64,000 bases of DNA, from NCBI RefSeq assembly GCF_000002075.1, contig NW_004797308.1, forward strand, positions 2,050,317 through 2,114,316, in the 5' to 3' direction. The notes under the pieces are model-generated. The model was not told the origin of the DNA. It made no database searches and saw only the letters and a list, made by a program, of their open reading frames with translations. This stretch comes from Aplysia californica (Eukaryota). Below, piece after piece: positions 1 through 13,070 of the stretch. How positions within the stretch are numbered: the stretch's first letter is position 1; every line of letters begins with the position of its first letter. The position numbers and the translations under genes were made by a program.

Positions 1-357
1 ATGTTATATGTGAAGAGAGGAATGTTGATGTGTTGCACAGGGTGTCTGTGGATCCAGGGACAGACTTGGGGGGAGGGGGGGTGGTAATTGTTTTGAAGGG
101 GTGGATGAAGTGTTTCTGTGAGTTTAGGAAAGGCTGGGTGGAGGTAAGGGTTATGTATAGGTTGGGCGGGGGAGGGGTCAGATAGTTGTTTGAATGGATA
201 GAGGGCGCTCCACATACATGTAGGTCTTGTGTCACATGAAGGTAATGGTGCATGAGGTGAAGGTTGATAGGAGTCCACTTGTAAAAGACGTTGACAGAAA
301 AGTGTACAGGACAGACTTTGTGCTCGGGTCTGACATTTTGTCGTTGTCTCCTGCCAG

Positions 358-431
358 GTGGAGCTATGTAAGCGAGTGATGAACATCTACCGACATGTGG
401 TCATGAACGTGGAGATGAACCAGCTCACTTG
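358..431 (+). CDS. RALGAPA1: RALGAPA exon ([25 protein letters not shown])
   Basis: ccag|GTG...TTG|gtaagt; phase 0-2. Confidence 0.88.
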
Positions 432-3400
432 GTAAGTTCGGGCCAGATGGGGTCGCGTACGAACATTTCCTAAAATATTCATTTTTCAAATTAAATTAGA
501 ACCAGCCCTTAAGTAAACTAGGTGCAGTGTGTTGTCAGGACTAAGTTCTCTTTTTGCTGCTATTTGTCCTTCCTAAGAAAGCTAACCTGAGTTGGCAGGT
601 GATTGGCGGGTGCTCTGGTGTGTTTTGCTCCTTCTTTCCTATCTAATATCTATTGTCTTTATTTCTCTTCTATCTTTTTTGTTGTGTTTGTTACTATCTT
701 GTAACGCCTTTTATCTTCTGCACTTATATGACCTAGTTATGTTACAAGTGCTGTGAAACACTTACAAAAACGTGGTATACTAGAACAGTATATCGACTGC
801 TTAGTCCTTCTTCTTCAATTTTTAGTATTGTTGTTGTTGTTATTATTATTATTATTATTATTATGAGAACCTTTCATTGAAGGCTTACAAGGCTCCACTC
901 TTATCACTTTACTTGGTTGAACTTTTTGATTAGATGCCAAGAAGAGTTGTGGGAAAGTTGTTGACAGGAAATCTCTGGACTTTGTTCCCTCAGGGAGCTC
1001 ATGTTGAAAGTGCTGCTGAAAATCACGTCTGGCGTCCTGAAAAAAAATCCTCCGGAAGAGAGATACCGCACCCTGGGAGGTCGTCTGGCACAGCCCATTC
1101 TGCAGGTCGGTTACGTTTGTGTTGTTGCTTGTGCTCATTTGTACTTGTGTGATTATTATGTGGCAAATGAAGAATACCTTGTTGTTTTATATGGCACACT
1201 TTTAGTAAAACTGTATGTGTCATGACGTGGTGGAATCAGGGGCTCGTCAGTTTTTGGGCATGTGGAGTTATTGCTATCATCTAAAAGCTTATTCATTTGA
1301 CTTGCTTTCAATGAATAAAATCCTCCATCGATCTTGAATAGAAGTTTAGATATTTGTGATTGAAGGAGGTGGGCTTGCCTGATTTCAGTGGTAAAATTAA
1401 TGAGAAAATGGCCGCCAAAGTTTGGTAACTTCAATAGCTTGAGAGTCCTTGAAAACTGAAAAATGAGATATTCCGTGCCTTTAATCAAAGTTTTTCAGTC
1501 CAATACACATGGACATTTTTTAATTAAATGGACTTAAAAGGTGTTGTGTGGGAAAAAAAAATTTCGATAAAAAATTACTAAACTGGTGGAAAAAATGTCG
1601 CTTCGTTTTTATTATTTTGACGAGCGCCTGATTTCACCACGATGCCTCACATATTGACTGCTTGGTTTAAGACTCTGGGGTACGCCATTTTGAAAAGTGA
1701 CGTTGAACAGAGTCTTACACTGAGCAGTGGATATACTGTCTCTAGGGACCTGATATGCCTGAAGTGTTTGTTCCCAGAGACCCTAGGTATTTTTGTTAGT
1801 TTAAAGTACAGAGTTGTCCACTTAACCAAACATGGTTAGTCTGAAAACAGCAGTAAACCAAAAGAAAATGAACTCCTTAATTATTTTTTTTTTGGGGGGG
1901 GGGGAAGGAGGGAGGAGGTTCTTCACTATTTGAGGAATCTCTAACTTTAAGCCAAAAATATGATGGCTGAACCGAAGAAAATTGGGCAGTCCTGCAGATG
2001 TTGGTTTCCACGGACTTCACTCTACTTGTCTGTCTGTCTGTGTGAGTTGTCTGTGACTGTGCCAGTGAATGAAGCCAGAAGTGTATTATGTTATGTAGAT
2101 AAATACACTTCGTCATCTGGCACAAAAAGTAAACTGACTTTGCCACGGTGCCGCTTTCAGTCCAGCTGTGCATCGGCCGAGGGGTCAGACATTTCCTGTT
2201 TCTCTCTTTTTACTCTGTGTTACCCCTACATAATATGTTTATTGAATGTGGGTAGTTGGCGGGTGCTGTAGTGTAGTTTGCTCCTTCTTTCTTATCCAAC
2301 AAACATCTGTTGTCCTTTTCTCTCCTCCTCCTTTTCTTTGTGTTTAAGTAACAGCTCTACTATTTGGCATATATATGTCCTATATGTGCTGCAAGTCCTG
2401 TAGAATTCTTATTGTCTTTTTTCTATGTACAAACATATATATTTTCTCGTATATCTTACTCTCCAGTAACACCTGGAATCTTTGGCACTTATATGACCTT
2501 ATTGTATTGCAAGTGCCGTAAAACGCTTATTAAAACCAACCCCCAGACGCTGATCGTGACGTGGACGAAGGCCAACCTGAACGTGCTGGTGACGGCCTCG
2601 CTGTGGGACGAGTTCCTGGCCGTCCTCTCCTCCCTCACCTCCTGGAAGGAGTTGATCCACGAGTGGTCGGTACGGAATTATGATAAAAATATTAATAATA
2701 ATAGTAATAAATAGCTTTGTATAGCGCATAACCCTGCTCAACAGCAAGCTCTATGGGCTTCACAATCTATACTATTACCCCAGCAGACCGGAGAGCATTC
2801 GGAAACAACCTCAACTTCCTGGGAAGCATACAGTGCAAGCAGCTGATTGAGCGCTCAAACACTAACAAATTGACAAGGTCTTTCGCTCTCTATAGCTGGG
2901 TACCCCTTCCCACCTGGGTGAAGTGAGGAAAATTCGTGTAAAGTGCATTTCCCCAAGGACACAACGTCGGGCCCCTGACAGGATTCGAACCCATGACCAT
3001 ACGGTTGCGATTCTAAGAGCCTAACCACTAGGTCACCGACGCCAAACGTGCTCATGGGTTTTTTTCTACGCTGTGTCCAAGTTTTGATGGTCTATAAATT
3101 CTTCTCTGTGTGAAATGTGCAAGAGTTAAGTTTTACACCCCTACACCCCCTCACTTTTGACAACTTTCGTTCCATTCTCTCCTCCCTCACTTCCTGGAAG
3201 GAGTTGATTCACGAGTGGTCGGTATGTGCTCACAGGTTTTTTTTCTACACTGTGTCCAAAGTTTGATGGTCTATTCTTCACCATTCATGTAAAATTGGTA
3301 AGAGTAAAGTTTAACACCCCCCAACCCCTTGCTGTTTGACGAATGCCTTTCATTTCTTACCTCCCTTACTTCTCGGAATGAGTTGATGCATGAGTTGTCG

Positions 3401-6400
3401 GTACATATACGCACTGGTTTTTGTACACGCTTTGTGGGGTTCTTTCCAAGACGTCATGTGTCCAAGACGTCATGTGTCCAAGACGTCATGTGTCCAAGAC
3501 GTCATGTGTCCAAGACGTCATGTGTCCAAGATGTCATGTGTCCAAGACGTCATGTGTCCAAGACGTCATGTGTCCAAGATGTCATGTGTCCAAGACGTCA
3601 TGTGGGTAAAAGTAAAGTTTAACAGATGTTATCATGATAGGGGCATTACACCCACACATGTGCCAGTTTGACTTCTGTTTTAGCCCTTCATCTATGTTCT
3701 ACTTGTGCTGCTGTGTGACATTTCCCAGAAAACTATGGAGACGCTGACCCGTGTGTTGGCCAGACAGGTGTACGGCCTTGACCTGAATGACCTCCCCCTG
3801 GAGAGACTGAGCGAACAGAAGGAGAAGAGGAGGAGAGGAAGAGGTAACGGGAGTCCTTGCTTAAATTTTCTCTGTGGCAAAATAGTACCGCTCACTGTAC
3901 TTCAAATAAGGTGAAACCCATTTTTCATCTTCTAGTATGATTATTTGTAAAAAATCATAATAAAAAAAAAAAGAACAGTTAAGGTTTTAGGAAAAATTTC
4001 CAACTTTAACTGTTCTTTTTCTTGTTTAAAAAATAATTTGAGTGGCTCATGTGATGCACTCAGGAGACCTGACTTTCTCATCTAAACAGTTGTGAATGTG
4101 GATAAAACTTTGTATGGAGATTTTTAAAGGGAAGCTGCACTCCTTTGTGTTTATGTCTGTTCTTTGTCTTGAGTCGAGTTGGGGAAAAAAATAATTTCGT
4201 GAAACTGTGGAAATCAATTCTTGGGGGAATGAGTAAACAAATGTCATTCTTTCTGCGTGTGCAGAATCGACCAAAGGCAAGCCCTCCTCCTCCACCACCA
4301 CCTCCACCTCGGCCAAAGCCGTCCCTCGCTTGGACAAGAGTTTTTCCCGTGGCCTGAGCGGCAGCGACGGACATCCCATCAACCCGCTGCGCAGCTCCAC
4401 CAACAGCGCCCCCTCCCCCGAGACCTCGGCCTCCTTCGACCGGGGGACCAAGTACAAGAGTGATGGTCAGTGCCCGGTCAACCTGGTCAAACTAAGCCGG
4501 ACGTTGAAGGGGTTTGGGTACCTGGTCAACCTGGTCAAACTAAGCCGGACGTTGAAGGGGTTTGGGTACCTGGTCAACCTGGTCAAACTAAGCCGGACGT
4601 TGAAGGGGTTTGGGTACCCGGTCAACCTGGTCAAACTAAGCCGGACGTTGAAGGGGTTTGGGTACCTGGTCAAACTAAGCCGGACGTTGAAGGGGTTTGG
4701 GTACCTGGTCAAACTAAGCCGGACGTTGAAGGGGTTTGGGTTCCTGGTCAACCTGGTCAAACTAAGCCAGACGTTGAAGGGGTTTGGGTACCCGGTCAAC
4801 CTGGTCAAACTAAGCCGGACGTTGAAGGGGTTTGGGTTCCTGGTCAACCTGGTCAAACTAAGCCAGACGTTGAAGGGGTTTGGGTTCCGCATTTAAAAAA
4901 TCTCAAGACGACGGTCTAAAATGGAGATATAATTTTTGTCCGAAACTGTTGTTGAATCATTTAATTAACTGGAAATATTGAAGGTTTAAGAAATAAAGCA
5001 GTAGTTTTGACGTAATACTACTTTTACTTTGGTGACTTACAATAGGCCTTTTCACTTCGCTTGGTACCATAAAAGATTGTAGATCCAAGGATGTCTGAGA
5101 ACTCTACGAGACAGTATCGTACTAATTAAGTCAAATAGATTGTAGATCCAAGGATGTCTGAGAACTCTACGAGACAGTATCATACTAGTTAAGTCAAATA
5201 GATTGTAGATCCAAGGATGTCTGAGAACTCTACGAGACGGTATCATACTAGTTAAGTCAAATAGATTGTAGATCCAAGGATGTCTGAGAGCTCTACGAGA
5301 CAGTATCGTACTAATTAAGTCAAATAGATTGTAGATCCAAGGATGTCTGAAAACTCTAAGAGACAGTATCGTACTAATTAAGTCAAATAGATTGTAGATC
5401 CAAGGATGTCTGAGAACTCTACGAGACAGTATCGTACTAATTAAGTCAAATAGATTGTAGATCCAAGGATGTCTGAGAACTCTACGAGACAGTATCGTAC
5501 TAATTAAGTCAAATAGATTATACATGTCTAGATTTAGTCCTCATAGTTTTGTGTAACAGTAATTCATTTTTGGTATTATTTTCTGTCTGTCATATTCAGT
5601 GGGCGGAAATGTTTTTCAAAACTGAAAAACAGTGAGATATTTTAAAAGTTTGTAGAAAAATTTATAAGATGTCTGGTTGTTTTCCCGTTTTTGTCTTGAT
5701 GAGAGTGTTGATATTAAGTGGAAATTGTCCAAGATGGCCGCTCAATTTTCGTGGAGAAAAATTGTCCTCTTAGACAGGAGGGCGTCTTGGTCAGGGTAAA
5801 AATACTTGGGAGGGGGGATGGGAAGTGGCTGTTTGTACAGGTGATTGTCTTATACAGGTGGCAGTTAGAGCAGGCTAGAACAGGTTCGACCGTATTTGAA
5901 CAAGGTCCATTTTTTTTTTGGTGATACTTTAGGTGCAGGTGGAAAAGTGCGCCCGGATTTGTCCAAACAAAAGTCGTTGAGCGGGGAGCCAAGCCCGTCC
6001 CACTCGCGGTGCCCGTCCACGTCCACCGAGTGTCTGGTGCGCTCCAGCAGTGAGGGGAACATCGCCGCAGACCCACACGAGCTGCTGGAGAAACTGAGAG
6101 GTTTGTCGGAGACTTGTGATGTTTCTGGGAGACTCGCGATGTCTGTGGGAGACTTGTTATGTTTCTGGGAGACTCGCAATGTCTGACCCGACTTCCTGTT
6201 TGCTGATCTGGAAATGCGGGCAGAGCGGAACATGATAGTAGAATGTCGTCCTCATGACAAGAACGGCTGACCCAGAAAGAGTTACTTGTTCACGAGAAGC
6301 AAAAAAAAACCTTGTTGGATTCACTCTGCAGCAACCTGGCAGTCGACAGGTCGGCCAACTTTAGTTCTCACGTTGTTGGAGCATTTCTAGTCAAAATTCA

Positions 6401-9400
6401 GACCTGTCTTTGACCAGGCATATAAGTTTTGGTTTGAATCTTCTATGGGTTAGCCAGTCTTGTGGTAAGGGCGACAGTAAAAACTTTTGTTGCTCCTGGG
6501 ATTTTTTTTTTTATAAAGAAAGAAAGGCAGAGGGGCAAAAAGTTGTGACAGTTTGAGACTTTTTGAGACTTTGCCAAGAACAAATGAAGGGGACCAGTTT
6601 GTTCAATCAGTTTCTTCTTTCCCCTACTATCAAGTGTAGTAATCTTGTTATTACAGCAGTGTTGCTGGCAACTGAGTCGGCCATGGAGCGGTTGTCACTG
6701 AAAGAGAAAGTTTTGAGTCAGCAGTTATCAGAGATATCGCTTTTATACTGTTCATGACTTTAGATTTGATTTGATCTCCTTTATCTCTTGTGATGCTTTT
6801 TGGTCGGCATTAATGTGAAAATGTACAAGTTGTGGTTTGTTTTGATTCCTTTACTGGAAGCAGCATTTCACAACCTCAGTGCTTTCTTGTTGTATCACCT
6901 TTTTTTTAACTGTGAAAATGTGACTTCTTCTTAAGCTCACTTTTTGTTATGATGAACTGTTTTCACTGTTATTAAAAATGGAGATAGGACAAGAAAGCAC
7001 CGAGGTCGCGATTTCTGGATTGCTCGTAGGGCCAACAACTAACTGCATGGTTAGTGAATCCGGTCCCTAGCTCTAGCTAGATCTGTACAGTGTTGTGTGG
7101 TTCTAGAGGTTCAGCTCATGATATTCCTGCTACATGTACGTGTACAGTGTCTGTGATGTTTTTTGTGTTTGTGGTAGAGGGAAGCTAATCTCCTAGTTGT
7201 GTATTGGCTACCGACTTGTCATGTATCATTAACATTGGAGCAAACAGCCCAAGAAGAGATCTGTGGTGTACGTCTCATGTCTGAGGGAGGGCAGCGTCGG
7301 GGAATTGAGAGCTCTGGTCTTGAGTCTGCTCATGATGGTTCGACAACAGGTCCCAATATGTGCCAGAGCTGGCAGGGAACAGAAGTAAATGCCAAGAAAA
7401 GGAGGCTGGGGGGGGNNNNNNNNNNNNNNNNNNNNNNNNNNNNNNNNNNNNNNNNNNNNNNNNNNNNNNNNNNNNNNNNNNNNNNNNNNNNNNNNNNNNN
7501 NNNNNNNNNNNNNNNGGGGTTTGGTTTTCTTCGGGCTGTGAAATGGCATTGGAATTCTGTTGTTGTTGTTGTTATCGATCCAGCAACAGCTGGGCTCTCG
7601 CCCTTCTGTCCAATGTCATGTAGTGATGAGTGCAGGTTTGCTTTGTAATTCTAAAGAGGGAAACTTTGGCTTTAATTTGTTTCTATTTGTGTGACATTGA
7701 TGTGTACAAAGCACCCAAGTGGGTGGTTGGCGGGTGCTCTGGTGTGGTTGGCTCCTTTATTTCTATCAAACATCTATCATCCTTATCTCCCCCTCCTTCT
7801 TTTTTTATGTTTGTTACTCTTTTGTAACACCTCTAATCTTCTGGCGCTCATATGACCTTATGCAGTTGCGAGCGCCGTAAAATCTCTACTAAAACTAAAA
7901 CTCAAAGCACCCAAATGTTACTCTTTTTTTGGTTATTGCTGCTTGTTGTTAACGACTGTGACTGTTGTGTGTGTGTTTTCTTCTTCTTCTTCTTCTTTTG
8001 TTGGTGTCACTTGCCTATGAGTATTTTACTCCTGGAGTGTGCAGACGTGGAGCAGAGTTTGTACTTGTTTTGTTTGGTCACTTTTATTGTTGCAAAAACT
8101 TGGAATTCTTTTTTCCCCCCAGCACTGACTGATGATAGTCTTACTATGTGTGCTGTGGAATCTTGCTTTGGGTATTTGGGGGGTGGGGGGTGGGGGGGAG
8201 AACTCGTTTGTTTGAAATTTCATTGATTTCTTTATTCTCTTATGTAATTCCGCTGCGAAGCATAGTGCAGGGAGGTTGTTTTGTTTTGTGTTGATTGCAC
8301 TCATGTTTTGTTTGGATAACTTGTGTAGATCGTCAGGTTTGTTCTTCTTTCTTCCCCTACAGTCATTTTGGGGGGGGTGAGGGGGCTGGGACGTGTCCTA
8401 CTCACAGACTGTACATTTTCTTTGTCTGACTCTTTTTTTGTGTCTTTGATCAATGTTTTTCAGTAAAATTTGCACAGAAATGTGTTTTTAAATGGATGCG
8501 AAAGGTGTTTACCCCCCCCCCCCCAAAAAAAAAAAATCGATACGACTTGCTCTTTATGTGGAAAAATGAAAGTTCCTTCGATTTCATAATTTTGCTGAGC
8601 GCCTGATTTCCCCAGGATGCCTCACCTTTTGTTTGCCCGACCCCCAGACCCGAGACATAGACACAGCCTTGAGAGTCCCCCAGACCCTGGACATAGACAC
8701 AGCCTTGAGAGACCCCCAGACCCGAGACATAGACACAGCCTTGAGAGACCCCCAGACCCGAGACATAGACACAGCCTTGAGAGACCCCCAGACCCGAGAC
8801 ATAGACACAGCCTTGAGAGACCCCCAGACCCTAGACATAGACACAGCCTTGAGAGTCCCTGTGACCCTAGACATAGACACAGCCTTGAGAGTCCCTGTGA
8901 CCCGAGACATAGACACAGCCTTGAGAGTCCCTGTGACCCTAGACATAGACACAGCTTTGAGAGTCCCTGTGACCCTAGACATAGACACAGCCTTGAGAGT
9001 CCCTGTGACCCTAGACATAGACACAGCCTTGAGAGTCCCTGTGACCCGAGACATAGACACAGCCTTGAGAGTCCCTGTGACCCTAGACATAGACACAGCC
9101 TTGAGAGTCCCTGTGACCCTAGACATAGACACAGCCTTGAGAGTCCCTGTGACCCTAGACATAGACACAGCCTTGAGAGTCCCTGTGACCCGAGACATAG
9201 ACACAGCCTTGAGAGTCCCTGTGACCTTAGACATAGACACAGCCTTGTGAGTCCCTGTGACCCGAGACATAGACACAGCCTTGAGAGTCCCTGTGACCCG
9301 AGACATAGACACAGCCTTGAGAGTCCCTGTGACCCTAGACATAGATACAGCCTTGAGAGTCCCTGTGACCCGAGACATAGATACAGCCTTGAGAGTCCCT

Positions 9401-12400
9401 GTGACCCGAGACATAGACACAGCCTTGAGAGTCCCTGTGACCCGAGACATAGATACAGCCTTGAGAGTCCCTGTGACCTTTGACCTATCCCTGGTGCATG
9501 TTTTTGTTTTCCTCTAACTGTTGCCCTTGATGCATGCCTCCTTGCAGCCTCCAATAGCCCCTGTGCCCCGGACGATGGGGACGAACAGACGGAGACGGAC
9601 TCAGATTTGGGCAAATCCGCAGCAAATGATCCGGGCGGTGTTGTCAGGTCCTCAGGTAATGCCACGACTCCTAGCTCGGTGCATGTGTGAGTCGATCCGC
9701 GTGTTTGAAACAAGTGCTATGTAAAGTATTGCAACACGTGTGAGTTTTTTCCCACGTCGTTGACACAAGTGCTATGTAACATATTACTACACCTGTGTGA
9801 GTTTATCCACGTGTTTGAGACGAGTGTCTAGCCACGTAAAGTGCTATGTAAAGTATTGCTACACATGTGTGAGTTTATCCTCGTCGTTGAGACAAGTGCT
9901 ATGTAACGTATAGCTACACATCGTTACGTATTACATGCCATGTAAAGTATTGCTACACCTGTGTGAGTTTATCCTCGTCGTTGAGACAAGTGCCCTGTAA
10001 AGTATTGCTACACCTGTGTGAGTTTATCCTCGTCGTTGAGACAAATGCTATGTAAAGTATTGCTACACCTGTGTGAGTCTATCCACGTGTTTGAGACAAG
10101 TGCTATGTAAAATATTGCTACACCTGTGTGAGTCTATCCATGTGTTTGAGACAAGTGCCATGTAAAGTATTTCTACAGGCCACGTGTGATGGTCAAGTCA
10201 ATGTATTGAGTGGGAGATTTCTCTCTCAGATTCACAGCTGTCAACCAGTAAATGAAAAAAACAGTTCGTACGGTTTTGAAGGTCTGACTTTGCCCGTCTG
10301 TTATCTAGTGTCACTCCTCTTGGAGTTGCTGATGCTCGGGAAAAAATGTCAAGAATAGATTTGCGAATGATAATGAGAATGAGTACCAAAAATCAATCAG
10401 AAAGGTGGTTTGAGCGCTGCAGGTCTGCTTGGAATAGCCTGCGTATGTTGAATGCTGAAAAGTGTGTGTGAAAGTTTTGAAGGGAGATTACTTGGCCAGT
10501 GTCGACCACGTGGGTAGAGTCTGGGATGTTTGTATGTTTTTTTGGGGTTGGGTTAAAAAAGTTGGCAGCTGTGTTTCTAGAGTGTGGATATTTTCCGACT
10601 ATGTTTGCAGGAATGTAAATAACCACAGCTCTGTCTGCGCTCCGTGCTCACAGCGTGGTTTGTGTGGTCGGTGATCACGCTTAAGAGTGCCCCGCACAAT
10701 GCCACATACAGTTTGTGCACTCATTGACTTGTTCATCATGTTTTTCCGTCTTTCTTTCCCTATGCTTGAGATTTTTTCACATTTCTCCGAGCTCAAAAAT
10801 TGCTCACGCTGTAGATTTTTTAAAAACAAGGATACTGTCAGCGACCGACTTTTGCAAGAACGTTTTACTTTTTTAATCTTGTCTGTCGTTTTAATTGCAT
10901 GTTAGGGTCTGATAGTTTTGTTCTGCGTGTTCTCCGTGATTGTCAAGAGTGAATCCTCCTTAGCTGAGTGGTCATTCTTGTGTGTTTTTGAATACTTTGC
11001 CTTGGGTTCGTTGAACGTGCTAGTTTTTGCAACCCTAGCATGGCCCACGGGGATGGAATGGCATGAGTTGATGTGTGTTTTGGAAATATTTTGTTTTGGT
11101 GTGGTGAAATTTTTGTGTAATGTTCTTACTGTCATTTTTAGTTTACAGATGTACAACTTTGTTCAGCCTTTATGAGTTTCATGCAATGTTTGATCAAACC
11201 TGGGTGAAGATCGCGAACTATGTAATGAAGTGGGAAGATTTCCGTCTCTCGCTGCTTTGGAGGTCCCTTTTTTCTGTTTGAAGCCCAAGTATAAATTTAC
11301 CCCCCCCCCCCCCCCCCCGGGGCAGTGCCACTGACTGAAGTGTCTTTAGGCCATTCCCGAAGGGGGGAGATATCTCGTTCAAGCATAGTAGAATTGTAAA
11401 TGGGCTGACTCATGTCACGCTCATAACTGTGCCTGATCTACAACAGGGAACTGCTGCTTTTTCTTTCCTGATCCTTACTATTGTCATTTTCCTCTACTTC
11501 TTTTGTATGTTTGTCACTCCTTTGTGACCGGCTATTTTGGGGTGCCTTGATAGTCGAAGCAGACCTTGTGCTGCTGAAGCTAGAGAGGTGAGCAGTCTAA
11601 GTCTGATTCCCTGTAAAGACTTCTCTGTTGACACCCACCCCTTGGCGCTCATATGACCTTATGCAGTTGCGAGCGCCGTAAAACCCTCTACTATTAAAAA
11701 TAAATAAATGAAAAAGTATAAATTTCCCCCGGAGATTAGAGGTGTTACAAGAGAGTAACAAACACAAAAAAGGAGGAGGAGAGATAAAGACGATAGATGA
11801 TTTATAGGAAAGAAGAAGCAAACCACACCGGTGCACCCGCCAACCACCCACTGATGTGTGTGTGTGTCCAGGTGTGTGATGTAGGCATGTTGTGACTGCG
11901 TGTACACTCTGTGCGTGTGTGTATGCGTCCCCAGGTGCTAGCGCAGCGGTGGAGGACGTGGAAGTGGCAGAGATCACGACCACGTGCACGGCCGAGCTGA
12001 GCAGCATGATGGGGCCACACTCGGTCGTACGACAGTCCAGCCTGGAGGAGGGATTTGACCGCTCAGACCACGACATGACCAGAGGTAGGGACACCTGGCT
12101 ACTTGTGTGGGTTTTTTTGACCGATCGGACCACGACATGACCAGAGGTAGGGACACCTGGCTACTTGTGTGGTTTTTTTTGACCGATCGGACCACGACAT
12201 GACCAGAGGTAGGGACACCTGGCTACTTGTTATGTTGTTTGGGTTCCTCTGAAGGAAAAATGAGACAAGTATTGCAGTCGAATGTTATTTAAATAATCTT
12301 ATATTGTTATCATCATCAACACCCTCGTCATCATTATTATTTTTATTATTATTGTTATTGTTGTTAGTATTATTATTATCATTAGTTGGTATCATGTTGG

Positions 12401-12767
12401 ACTATGTAGAAGGTGGCTCTGGTTCGAATCCCAGACTGGGTGTTTTTGAACTCGGGTCATTTTGAAGAGTTTTCACAGTTAACACTTCTAATCTCCGGCA
12501 CTTATAATATGACCTTATTGTGTTGCAAGTGCTGTAAAACTCTTACTTAAACAATACATTTGTTGTGGCCAGGCACAGGGTCAAGGACATCGTCGGCCTG
12601 CTCCATGCACTCGGCACGGTCCAAGTCTGGCAGCCGCTCCCCGTCCCCGCCCCTGCTCAACTCAACGGACAATCACAAGGACAGCCCCACCCCGGACAGA
12701 GACTCGCTGCACATCGACATCACGGGGCCGGAGGATGCCAACAGTAACAGAGGTCTGTGTGTGTGTC

Positions 12768-12807
<40 letters not shown>

Positions 12808-12984
12808 TGTCCTGTTGTCTGTGTGTGTCTCATCGGACAGAGACTCGCTGCACATCGACATCACGGGGCCGGAGGATGCCAACAGTAACAGAGGTCTGTG
12901 TGTGTGTCTCAGTGTGTCGCGTTGTCTGTGTGTGTGTCTCATCAACGGGCTAGAGGATGTCAACAGTAACAGAGGTCTGTTGTC

Positions 12985-13070
<86 letters not shown>

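Noticed and set aside
2960-3043. tRNA gene (also ~46420, ~51580, ~60070)
   Set aside because: tRNA-like heads run into repeated SINE bodies and tails; no clean cloverleaf or terminator.
4467-5525. Repetitive ORFs ([16 protein letters not shown]; [15 protein letters not shown])
   Set aside because: Products of 48-bp and 63-bp intronic minisatellites.
7199-7415. Possible extra RALGAPA exon next to the first gap
   Set aside because: No convincing acceptor or homology, and interrupted by Ns.
8584-9713. Long ORFs of 205-363 aa on both strands
   Set aside because: Translations of a 33-bp minisatellite lacking stops; no splice or homology support.
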